A stretch of DNA of 64,000 nucleotides, from assembly GCA_026936335.1 (NCBI GenBank), contig JAPMXV010000002.1:310001-374000 (forward strand). Reading direction: 5' to 3'. This document shows, in pieces, positions 51,481 through 62,505 of the stretch (positions within the stretch are counted from its first letter, which is position 1; every line of letters begins with the position of its first letter). A model generated the notes under the pieces. The model was not told the origin of the DNA and did no database searches. It saw nothing but the letters and a program-made list of their open reading frames with translations. Made by a program: the position numbers and the translations under genes. Source of the DNA: Mantamonas sphyraenae STR306 (lineage: Eukaryota > Protista > CRuMs).

Positions 51481-53829
51481 ATGTCGCAGTTGGGAGCACT
51501 CCGACAGAACGCATCGCAAGTGATGATGAAGCCCGGTGCCAAGCACCTGTCGGGTATCCAGGAGGCTGTGTTGAGCAACCTGGACGCCTGCACCAAGCTG
51601 GCGGCGATCGTGGGCAGCAGCTACGGACCGAACGGTGAGTGTGCGGGGCATGAGTGTGGATGTGAGAGGGATGGAACGGGTGGAGGACACTCGGGAGTGG
51701 AGGGAGAAGCAGGGGTGGAGGTAGAGAGGGAGGAGGGTGTGGAAGGTCCCGGTGGGGAAAACGGGGATCAGCAAACGGCAGGAAACGCATGGGCGCGCGC
51801 GCAAAAGAACAGGGCGAGCAGGAGGCAAGGAGAGGCTGACACGGGGGGAGGGACACACACACACGTGCAAACGGACGGATTGGAGCACAGGCCAGCGCAA
51901 GCTGATTATCAACCATCTGGACAAGGTGTTTGTGACGTCGGACGCGCTGACGATCCTGAACGAGATGGAGGTGCAGCACCCGGCGGCAAACCTGATTGCG
52001 ATGGCAGCCAAGATGCAGTCGAACCAGGTGAGTGGAGAGAAAAAGATGGAAAGCGGGCAGGAGCAAGAGCGAGAGAGAGCAGGGAGGGTGCATGGTGGAA
52101 GAAGGAGGTCGTGCGAGCGCGGAAGGCGCGGGAATTGCGGATGAAGCGCGCCAAAAGTGCACAAGTGGAGCAGAGAGCGTGGCAAGGGCCAGGACCAGGT
52201 GGAACGGGTGCCTGGGCGTGGGATGAGTTGTGTGGCTAGGACGAGGGGGGTGGTAGATGGCGCAAAAGTGATTGTGTGCATGGTGGGAGAACGAGGACGG
52301 GTTGGAGCGCATTTTGCCCTCTGGTGGCGTCCGGCTTTTTGCGCAGGGTGTGGTGAGAGGATGCTGACGCGGATGTCATGGGACACATACACACGCACAC
52401 GTGCAGGTTGGCGACGGATCCAACTGGGTGATCATGTTTGCAGGACAGCTGCTGAAGCTGGCCGAGGGTCTGCTTCGCAAGGGCCTTCACCCGAGCGAGA
52501 TCATTGGCGGTTACAAGAAGGCAGGCCAGCAGGCCATGTCCATCCTGGAGAGTAGGTTGTGTGGGAGAGGGTGCGAGGACGAGGAGAGGAGAGGGGATGC
52601 TGACACACAAGGTGGGCACAGACTATGTGATCGAGCAGGTGGGCGACGAGGCGGACAAGGAGGGTCTGACAAAGGCAGTGCACACGGCTGTGGCCGCAGC
52701 ACAGTTTGGGTACGAGGACGTGTTGTCTGAGCTGATTGTGGACGCATGCCTGCGTGTGATGCCCAAGAAGACGAGCAAGTTTAACGTGGACAACGTGCGC
52801 GTGATCAAGATCAGCGGCGGCACGATCGGAGACTCGTTTGTGTCGAACGGGATGGTTGTGCCGCGTGGAGCGGAGGGCGAGGTGACATCCGTGACAAACG
52901 CCAAGCTGGCACTGTTTAGCTGCCCCGTGGATGTGGCGACAACGGAAGGCAAGGGCAAGACGGTGTTTACGTCGGCTGAAGAGCTGAAGGAGTACTCGAT
53001 CGGCGAAGAGAACGCAGTGGAGGAGGTGATCCGCTCGATTGCCGAGACGGGCGTGAACGTGATTGTGTCTGGGTCGTCGTTTGGCGAAATGTCGATGCAC
53101 TTTATCGCCAAGTACAACATGATGGCGGTGAAGATCCTGTCCAAGTTCCAGCTGCGTCGTCTGGCACGCACGACCAAGGCGTCTGTGATGGTGCGCCTGG
53201 GAGCGCCGACGCCGGAGGAGATTGGCGAGTGCGCAACGGTGGAGGTGCAGGAGATTGGCAGCGACAAGGTGACTGTGTTTGACCAGGGTGACAACGGGGC
53301 GGCGGGCGTGGCCACGATTGTGGTGCGCGGCGCAACGAACAACGGCATGGACGACATTGAGCGGGCAATCAACACGGGCGTGAACGTGGTGAAGCAGTCG
53401 CTGAAGGACGGGCGTCTGCTTGCAGGCGCAGGGGCCGTAGAGGCGGAGCTGGCAAAGGAGATTGAGGAGATGGGCATGAAGAGCCAGGGCCTGGACCAGT
53501 ATGCGATCAAGACGTACGCGCAGGCGCTGACGATCTTTCCGCGCATGCTGGCGGAGAATGCGGGCCTGTCGGGCACCAAGGTGGTCAACACGGTGGCTGC
53601 GGTGCACGCAGAGGGCGACCAGACAGCAGGGGTCAACGTGACGCAAGGAGCCGAGGAGGTGACTGTGGACGCGGCCGAGGCCCAGATCTATGATCTGTAT
53701 CAGACCAAGTGGAGCGCGCTGCGCCTGGCGACGGACGCGGCGCTGACGGTGCTCAGCGTGGATCAGATTATCATGGCCAAGCCTGCTGGAGGCCCCAAGG
53801 TGCCCAAGCCTGGTCCCATGGATGCATAA
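51481..53829 (+). CDS. CCT8: T-complex protein 1 subunit theta (CCT8), multi-exon
   Basis: 'SSYGPNG', 'INHLDKVFVTSDA', 'GDGSN', 'FNVDNVRVIKI', 'VDQIIMAKPAGGPK'. Confidence 0.95.
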
Positions 53830-53913
53830 AGAGCCCCACAGACCACAGACAGTGGAGGGGGGGGAGTGAGAGAGGATGGATGAAAAAGAAGAGTTTTTGT
53901 TGGGCTCAGAGTA

Positions 53914-54080
53914 CTGTATTTTTCAAATCACCTCGCGCCGCATACAGGCGCTAGTTCAATCGAATCTCACTTGGCCACCGTCCTCTACATGTCTACCTGT
54001 ACATCTTGACTCCCATTGCCTGCATCTTGTCCACCATGCATGGCCTTGCGCGCGCTTTCTTGCAAATGCGCGCGCCGATC
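53914..54080 (-). ncRNA. Candidate omega-RNA scaffold (locus 2), probably overlapping the ORF 3' end
   Basis: Hairpin GCGCC-gcataca-GGCGC (about 53935-53951), a strong GCGCGCGC/GCGCGCGC stem about 54047-54075, and the shared terminal motif. Only 70 nt separate the stop codon from the element end. Confidence 0.4.
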
Positions 54081-54903
54081 ACTCCACACCCAGCTGAATG
54101 CCCACAGTTCCACGCCACGCCGAGCTGCGTGACATTTGTTGGCCATGTTGATGGCGGCACTGCGGTCCTTGTGTGCCACCCACTCCAGGTTCCCTGGCAG
54201 CGCGTTGCTTGCTACCTCATGAATCCACCAGCGATCATTGTGCGATCCATCCTTATTCAGACTCCAGGCGTGTTTGTGAACGACTTTACAGTCGTACGCG
54301 GAGCGCTTGGAGGTCTGAGGTTCGGGTGTCATCGTCAGATTTGCCACTGTTGAGATCTGTTTCGCATCTTCCTTCACTGGCACAGAGGCGATCACCGGTG
54401 CCGCACCATAGGCCACATGCACTCGGTGGTCGCACTGCCGTTGCAGATCTGCCACGACAGCTGCATTGCCGTGTTTCTTGATACGCTCAAGGTGGTGCTT
54501 GATCGGTTTCAGCTCCTCGGCCACCTTTTGCGTTGCCATTTGTGCTGCCGCCCATGCTTTCGAACCATGCTTTGTGTTGGCCATTGTCTTGCCATGTTCA
54601 GTGAGCTGCTTCACAAGCTCACTGTGTCCTGACCGCGCCTCCAGATGGCGCATGTTGGCACCAGGGATGTGAAAGGAGTACGCATAGCGGATCCGAAGAA
54701 CGCCACCGTCCAACTCGGCTACCTGGGCTGCGTCCAGGTAGTACAGCAGTGCACCCACGTGTTGGTAAACACCCGGATCATAACCTAGCGAAAGGCCATG
54801 CTCTGCAGACGCCAGCCGTGAGCGGGCGACTGTGGTGTCGGCGGATGAGCCACCCTTTGCGGAAGATGATGAGGAGGATGATGCGGAAGATGATGACCCA
54901 TCC

Positions 54904-54904
<1 letters not shown>

Positions 54905-54948
<44 letters not shown>
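54905..54948. repeat. (GAT)n microsatellite encoding poly-Ser in Fanzor 2
   Basis: Direct reading of the sequence. Confidence 0.9.
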
Positions 54949-54949
<1 letters not shown>

Positions 54950-56909
54950 CCGAGGAGGAGGAGGAAGATGCAGAGGCGTCCCAGCTCCCGTCTTGCTCTT
55001 CAGTCTTGGCCCACCAAGCCGTCGATAAGACGATGCCGTGCTGTCTGACCCCATCGCCAGCCGAACGCAGCACCTTCTTCCAGTCGCGAAGGAGCTCCTC
55101 TTGGGCGTCCTCCTGAAGCTCGTGTCGCAGCTCCTTGTCGTCCTCCTGAACCTCCTTTGGCGCCATCGCTTCTCGCAGCTGCTCCGTGGTAGGTGGCGCA
55201 TACTCTTCAAGCTTGCCGACAAATTTACACACGAGCCTGTGGTCATCCGATGGTAGTGTTTTCTGCAGCGCTTCCTTCAGCTTGACGCTCCAGTCCACTC
55301 CCAGTGACTTCCACAGGCTGTACGCAAGCACCTGCATCTGTGCTGCGAGGGAGACAGCTCCCCGTTGTCATCCACCCATCTCCTCAAAGTATTGAGGACG
55401 GGGATGCTTGCGTTGATATGACCACGATCAGCACGTACAACCGCAACTCGGCCTCCCGCGCTTGGGAGCGTAAACAGGTCCTGCCAGCTGAAGCACGATG
55501 GCTTGTACCTTGTACTGTACATCGAATCCCCGCAAACGATCAGATCGGTGGCCAGCTGCGTGTGCAGGAACTTGTTGGGGTTCTTCTCGGGATTCTCGGC
55601 AAATTTCAGCATGGCGTAGTCACGGATCGGATCACGGTACTCGATGGGCAAGGGGTGTTGAAGCCGTTGCAGATTGTAGCCCACCAGTTCGGCAGCACGC
55701 CACGTCAGCAGCAGTTCGTTTGGAGCCTGGGCGTCGTCGTCGGACACCATGGTTGACTTCAGCGACCACAAACGGCGATTTTTTTTCCCTGCCCTTCAAC
55801 GCTTGCAGATCCTCCCACATGGGAAGGAAGGGTGTGTTCTCTTTGGCCATCGTATGCAGCAGTGCAATGTCCAGACCCCCTTGTGCCGACAACATAGTTT
55901 GTGGGGACGCACCAGGGCGAGCTTGCGGGAGAAATTTGCGCTGCTTTGCGCCCGCAGCCATTGCGGCAGCTGTACAGATGGCGTGGGCTGCCGCGTCGAC
56001 GGTGTTGTCGGTCACACCAGTACTCTTGAAAATGGCAACGTAGACGAACACACAGAGGAAGCGCAAGCGTGCCTTCAGCTGGTCCTCCGTGACATCCTCC
56101 TCCAGGTCAACCCCAAGCTCCTCGTCTTTAGGGAGCACCGTCAGCTTCGTCAGCTTCGACTGGCTTGATTCGTTGCTTGAGCCCTTGACGTTCCACCTGC
56201 GTGTTAACCGAGCTTCGCCGCGCATGAGCTGCTTGTCTTTCTCATCGAACACTTGCGCCACCAACTGCTTGAGGGTCGTATTCTTCCGCGGGCAGTCCCC
56301 ATCGCTACCGTGCGCAGTTCGCTCCAGGCTCGTCTGTGACACCGTGTTCCCCGTTTGTCACTGCACGTGCAGACTCTCCTGCTGTGTCCGACGACGTGGG
56401 ATGAGCCGCATGTCCGCCGTCCTCTTCCTCGGTGTCGCCCTCCACGCCCTCCGTGTCTGTGTACAGGTACTCTTCGTTGTCATCCCATGCGTTCTCTTCC
56501 TCTGTGGCAAGCGTCAACTCCAAGCGCAGGTGTCTTTTGCCCCTTTGCGTGCGCATGCCGAACACAGAGTCCATGATGACGTCTGCGCCGCTGCCTTTGC
56601 CCACCGCCAGCCCCGCCTGTACGCTGTATGCGCGCACGAGTGCTCGCAGGGCGTACTTGATCTGGCCTCGCATAAGTCTGTAGTCATTTTGGAAGCGGGA
56701 CACGCCAGCCGCATGCCCCAATCTCTTGAATTCCGTCATGAGGCCTTCTTGCGTACGCACCGTTGCCTCTTGTGGTTCAGGCGGCAGGTTACGGGCGAAC
56801 AGCGTGCGCAACTCATTCACCAACTCGGAATACGATTCTGCGGAAGGCACTGCCTGGACACCGTCCCAGAGCGACGCTGATGAAGATGATGACGACGATG
56901 AGGCATCAC

Positions 56910-56910
<1 letters not shown>

Positions 56911-56991
<81 letters not shown>

Positions 56992-56993
56992 GC

Positions 56994-57031
<38 letters not shown>

Positions 57032-57034
57032 TTG
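56911..57034. repeat. Compound (CTG)n/(TTG)n microsatellite encoding poly-Asn/Ser in Fanzor 2
   Basis: Direct reading of the sequence. Confidence 0.9.
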
Positions 57035-59723
57035 TCGGGGGTCAGGTTGTCCAGCCATTCCAGATACAGCTGGCCTTGCGCCTGGTACCCTGCGGCGTTG
57101 CTTTCGTTGACGACACGCATTACCTCGTGCATGGGGTCATTCTTCGGTACCAGCCAGCGCCGTTGTCTCACCAGGCCCTTCGAGCGCGTGAATTTCGTGG
57201 TCTTGCCGTCGCTCGTGTTCGTCACGCGAATCTCCGCACGCAACAGCTCTGACAGCAGCTCTGCCAACTCGTCGACATCTTCCTTGGACAAGCCATCCAG
57301 TACCGGCCTCGAGTGCACTGTGCTTGCAGCTTGCCGCAGCTCCCTCGTAATGCGCACAAGCATCGTCGTCTCTGTCACGTCGTGTTCGGCCAGGATGGGC
57401 CGAAGAGTCTGCACCTCCTCCTTCCGCACAACGGTCTGGCTGGATTTGAGCCGTATGCCCTCACTCTCCAGGAACTCGCTTGTGGCCTTGTTGCCCAGCA
57501 ACTCTTCCCACTCGTCCTTTTGGATGAACACGGTGTTGTCGCTTTCCTCTTTTGCAGATTGTACCAGGCTGCACTCTGCGTTCACCATCTGCTTCACAAC
57601 CTCAATCCAGTCCTTCAATCCTGCTTTTGAGAGCACATTGACGACATGCGACACGCCAATCGCACGCAACAGACTCGCCACCTCCAGGTTGTTCTTGTCC
57701 AAGAACAGATCAACTGGCTTGGCTTTAACTGGCCTTCGACGCACCCAAACAGCGGTGACTCCACCCATGACACGTGGATGTGGGTTGGGTACTGTGGACG
57801 TGACACGGGAAAGGTTGTCGGCGAGAACATTGAGGGCAGTCCCACAACAAGCTACCAGCGCCTCGGCCGAAAAGACTCCCTTTGCCCTCATCGGCAGTGT
57901 CTGCATGAGGTTGAGAAGGGTCTGTTCACCGTCTCCCTCAGCGTCATCACCGGTTTGGCCCTCGTCGTCGTCGTCGCCGCCACCGCTATCGCCTTGCCCA
58001 TCCACGTCATCCCACACAACGACACGCCTCAGCCTCTCCAGTTGCTCCTCGTTGCACACTGCCTTGATCTTGACGACGGTGGCATTCATCAACTTGCTCC
58101 TCTCATGGGCCTTGCTTTTGGACCGGGAAACTCCTTTCACCAGTTTGGTGAGCACCAGCGGCTCAGCAACCACTGTGGAGACGTGGTCACGCAGTGCATC
58201 AACTGTTTTCTTCGTGTCACCGACCACTGAGAGGGGGAACTCCGCGCACGAGAGCGATCCAGCCCAGAGTCCTGCGAGCAGTCGAACAGAGTGGTCCTGT
58301 GGCGATAGGGAGAAGCACTTGTCCTCTGTGCCCACGTACCAGTACCCTTGATACAACAGCGAGCCGTCCATGGTCTCACACCATAGTACTCCCTGGTCTG
58401 GACAGGCGAGGAGGGCACATTGGGTTGGCTCGTTGCTGACACTCCACCCTACGCCTTGGGGTAGCAGACCCTGCAACTCCTCTAGGAAACCCGTGTGTGA
58501 CAGGCTGGTTGTGTGCATGAGTTCGATGCACCACTTGAGATACCGCCGGTTGCTGCCATCGATGACGGAGGTGTCGTTCAGGGGCAGCGGCTGCCGCAGG
58601 TGCAGATGTACGGCTTTGTGCTCCACACCAAGCGTATCAGCCAGGCGTGTGACGTTGTTGATCACCATCTGCATGGCTGCGCACACATCCTCCGCGGCGA
58701 GAATGAAGGTGACGATGAAGATGACGAAGCTGTGGATGGGCGGCGGTGAGAAGGATGTGGATGTCATCACACGAAGGATCATGTCCTCCACATGTGTAAT
58801 GTGCAGTGCCGTGCTCGCCGATGGTAGTGGACGTGTTGGTACAGCGGAAAGCAGGGGATTGTGACACATGCCGCCCCGGTAGTCCTGCAATTCGTTGTGT
58901 TGGAGCCTGCCCTCTGAATTAATTGCCGGCCTCGAGTCCGTGTCCTGCGTACGCATCACATTGAATGCGACAGAGGTGAAGGAAATAGGCATCGGATGCA
59001 AGGGTCGAACCGACACGGCATTCGTCGTATCGGGAAACCGCTGTCCCACAGCGTTCCCCAGCCTCTCGCAGATGCCCATCAGTTCAGACGTCGAGAGGGG
59101 GGTGCAATCTTTACACCAATTGCACTTTGCGTGACACAGCCTGCCCTCTTCCGCTTCCTGAGCACGAAAAAGAGCCGCGCGAAAACTGGGTCCATGAGAG
59201 GGAAGATTCCAATCGGGATTTGCCCCTGCTGCTTGCATCACCACAGGCCTCAGTGGGATCACCTCGGAGTGGAGTTTGTACATGAATAGGATGTCTGCCT
59301 CAACGTCGTAGACACCAACATTGGCAACCAGGGCGAGCAGCGCCTGCGCATACACAAAATGCTCTGTGTCGTCTTGCAGGAACGCGTCCCGGATACCGTA
59401 TCTCAGGACCTTGAGCACCACTCTGACGTGCCTCTCGATGGGACATGGCACGCGCGCGCGGTGTCGCTTGCTGCACATGTGCGTGATCATAGCCCAGGCC
59501 TCCTGATCGATCTCCTTTTTGTGCCGTTTTTGCAGTGGCGGTTTGTCGCGATAGAGCTTCACCAATTCCTTTGCAGTGGCATGCACGCGGTCAATGTATG
59601 CAGCCGAGGTTTCACTGGCGCTGCCTTCGGCTTCCAAGGCTTCCCGCCTCGTCTGTGCCCGGGTTCTCATACTGAAGGTTCAGCGCGCGCAGAGCATGGC
59701 GGAGGCGTTGGTGCTCACTACAA

Positions 59724-59789
59724 GCGCACCCTGCTCTCAGATGGTGCGCACCGTGCTCTCAGATGGTGCGCACTGTGCTCTCAGATGGT
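59724..59789. repeat. Three tandem copies of the 22-bp unit GCGCACYSTGCTCTCAGATGGT
   Basis: Units at 59724-59745, 59746-59767 and 59768-59789 differ at only 1-2 positions. Confidence 0.9.
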
Positions 59790-59993
59790 GAAGGTGGACA
59801 TGAATGGAAGAGACAATCGCCGTTGCAAGCTTGAAAACCTGCTCCAGCCAAGTCGATGAAAGCGAGTTGAATGAGGGAGCCATCGCTTGTGCAAGTACAT
59901 CATGGAGCACTGACATGTCAACTATGTGCAAGGTGGTGGCTCCCAACGAACACGCGACGTTTCATTGCTCGGATGTCGCCAAGGGTAAAAGAG

Positions 59994-62460
59994 TCACTCA
60001 ATTGAAAATCGCAGTATGTGCATGGGTTTGCGCTGCGCACAATGGATCTCCCAGGTCATGCGGAGTCTGTCTTGGAGGCCGTGGACCCAGCGTTGGGTGT
60101 CAAAGAGCGGGCCGTGTGCGCGTGCAGCGCGGACAAGGGCGCGAATGCGCTCGAGTTGCTGTGGATGAGTGGCCAGCGAGACGGCGCGCTCTTCGTAGGC
60201 GTGCATGTCTGTGACGACGAGTTCTTGGGAAAGGCGTGGGTCGAGGGCGGTGATGAGGGAGGTGGCGACGCGGGAGGTCATGCGAGGGCTCTGGAGGATG
60301 GCAAGGACAGGTGTGCCTGCCCAGAGGACGTCGGCGGTGGTGGTGTGGCCATTGTATACAGGGGTGTCGAGGACAAGGTCGGCCATGCCAAACTTGCGGA
60401 TGTGTTGGTTTTCGCCGTAGCGGTCGGAAAACACGACGCGGTCGAGGGGGACGCCGCGGCGAGCGACCTCGCGCTCGAGATTGGGCCGTGCGGCAGGAGG
60501 GGAGTTGAGGAGCCAGAGGACGCTGTTGTTGACTCGCTGGAGGATGCGCATCCAGACGTCAAAGGTGTCTGGGTCGATCTTGTAGAGGGTGTTGAAGTTG
60601 GCAAAGACAAACTTGCCGGCGAGGCGGGGCTCGTCGCGAGGGGCCGGGTGCTCGTAGCCACGGTGGAGCGGGAACATCTGCTTGTGGTCGTTGACTTGGT
60701 AAGCGTGCTGGGCATAGACCATCTTTTCGGCCCACTCGTGGGGCCGGATTGGAGGCGGGGTGATGATGCGATCGGTGATCATGTAGGGCAAGTAGGGAGC
60801 GCCGGCGGTGCTGGCCTGACCCAAATAGGTGAACTGGACAGGGGCAGGTTGGAGGGCAAAGAGCTCGAGGCGGACGCCCTTTGTTTGGCCGTTGAGGTCG
60901 ATGACAAAGTGTGTGCGGTTGCCGCGGATCCAGGAGGCGACGCGGGCGTTGGGCACATTGGAGATGTCCACCCAGTGGTCACAGGAACGAGCCATGTGGT
61001 CGCGCATGGGGGAATGGTCGTCACGCAAGGCATAGCACCAGATCTCAAAGTCTGGGCGGGTGTGCATGGCAAAGAGGGAGTGGACGAGGTAGCCGATGGC
61101 ATGTTTGCCGAGATCGGTGGAAACGTAGGCGACACGGAGAGGGAGGGTGGGTTGGGAGCAGGAGGGCCCGGGCAGGCGTGCGTGGAGGGCGTCGCGTGCA
61201 CGGAGGACCTCTTTCTTGAGAGCCTGGTGTGCGTGTGCGCGTGCGATGGCGAGCATGTCTGCGTTGTCCATGGAGGGATAGATGAGAGTCTGGAAGGTCT
61301 TGACACATGGGGTTTGGCCGCGTTGGATGCGGGCGGCGGAGAGGTGTCGAAGGCGGTCGAGATCGGCGTGGTGATCGGACCAGTCGCAGACGCGGTGCTT
61401 GACAAAGACAAGGCCAGCAAAGGCACAGTCGAGAGAGGGGTCGCGTGCGAGGGCGGCGCGGTAGTGCTTGATGGAGCGGGTCATGTCTTGGCGGTTGTAG
61501 AGGATGGCGGCGAGCTCGAGATGGTTCTCTGCGGTGTCCTGGAGGGTGAGGAGGTGTTCCATGGCCTGGACAGCTTCCTTGTAGCGGAGCATTTTGCTGA
61601 GGACAGTGGCACGGTAGCGTGCGGCGGAGAGGTAGGACGGGTCGTGGGCAAGGGCCTGCTCAAAGTGGGCAAGGGCACCGGGCAGGTCGCCGAGGTCAAA
61701 GTGGAGGACTCCCATGTTGGAGAGGACCTGTGCGTTGTCGGGCTGCTTGGAAAGGGCTTGGCGGTAGACTTGGAGAGCACGTTCGGGTTGTCCGGCGGTC
61801 TTGAGGGCAGAGGCGTAATCGTTGAGCATGCCGGAGGTGGCAGAGTCTTTGTCGAGAGCCAACATGCTTTCGTAGTGGGGAAGGGCCTCGTCGACGCGGC
61901 CAAAGACATGGTAGGAGCCGGCGAGTTCCTGGTGGACGGCCGGGTGGCGCTGGAGGGAGAGGGCGTGGTTGAGGAGGGCGATGGCGTCGTCGCCTTGTTG
62001 TTGGACCTTGAGGACACGTCCGAGGTGGAACCAGGGCACCATGTGGGCCGGATTGAGCTGGATGGCCTCGACAAGGCATCGTTTGGCGTTGTCGACGTCG
62101 TTTGCGCCGATGTAGTGCATGGCACGGGCCCCGACGGCTTCATAGGAGCGTGGGGAGGATACGCCGGGGCATGGGCCGGGGTTGTGTTGTGTGGTCCAGA
62201 GTTGTTTGACGGATTTGGGGAGGGAAGGAGGCGGGAAGGAGGAGGATTTGGGGGGGCTTTGGGGGGGCTTTGCGGGTCTTTGTGGGGGTGGTGGTGGTGG
62301 AGGTGGTGCTACGGCGGTTGATTTTGGGCTTGGCTGATGCGGGTGGGGTGAGGGAGAGGAGGAGGAGGAGGAGGAGGAGGAGGGTCGGGAGGAGGTGGGG
62401 GAGGTGGGGGAGGTGGGATGGGGGTCGGCGCCGAGGGGACCAACAAGGGGTCTGGGTCAT
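59994..62460 (-). CDS. OGT-like TPR + glycosyltransferase family 41 protein with an N-terminal hydrophobic signal; apparent frameshift in C-runs about 62250-62267
   Basis: TPR repeats; 'LRVAYVSTDLGKH', 'DLNG.TKG.R.ELFALQPAPVQ', 'FANFNTLYKIDP', 'DLVLDT..YNGHTT..DVLWAGTP'. Confidence 0.88.
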
Positions 62461-62505
62461 CTTTTGGTTTGGTTTGGTTGTGTGAGAGCAGAGGAGGAAT
62501 TGAGA

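Larger units (their letters stand above)
53985..59670 (-). pseudogene. Second giant Fanzor1-like gene (about 1,890 aa if three single-base frameshifts are corrected); pseudogene or assembly error
   Basis: RuvC-I 'LSLGYDPG' (D at 54777-79), 'VHVAYG', 'TPEPQTSKRS' (E at 54321-23), RuvC-III 'HKDRSAAINM' (D at 54165-67). Four overlapping ORFs can be joined at short homopolymers near 56350 (G4), 55780 (A8) and 55362 (G4). Confidence 0.72.
53913..59990 (-). mobile_element. Putative non-autonomous Fanzor element 2 inserted between the convergent CCT8 and OGT-like genes
   Basis: Bounded by CTGTATTTTTC (53914-53924) and GCCAAGGGTAAAA (59978-59990), flanked by a direct repeat (A)GAGT (53908-53912 / 59990-59994). 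Contains a Fanzor-like gene and a 22-bp tandem repeat. Confidence 0.6.

Noticed and set aside
55277-56360. Introns explaining the frame changes in Fanzor 2
   Set aside because: I found no GT-AG pair of suitable size and phase at 56350. Single-base indels at homopolymers explain all three shifts more simply.
59724-59789. Possible CRISPR-like array
   Set aside because: Contiguous tandem units with no spacers.
59978-59990. Resemblance of TTTTACCCTTG (minus strand) to Helentron/DINE-1 5' ends
   Set aside because: Short match from memory only; no matching subterminal inverted repeat, and the apparent TSD argues against rolling-circle insertion.
4878-62321. Many long antisense or alternate-frame ORFs (e.g. 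11533-13905, 42448-44763, 56726-58351, 60018-62321)
   Set aside because: Shadow ORFs from GC-rich codon bias opposite well-supported genes.
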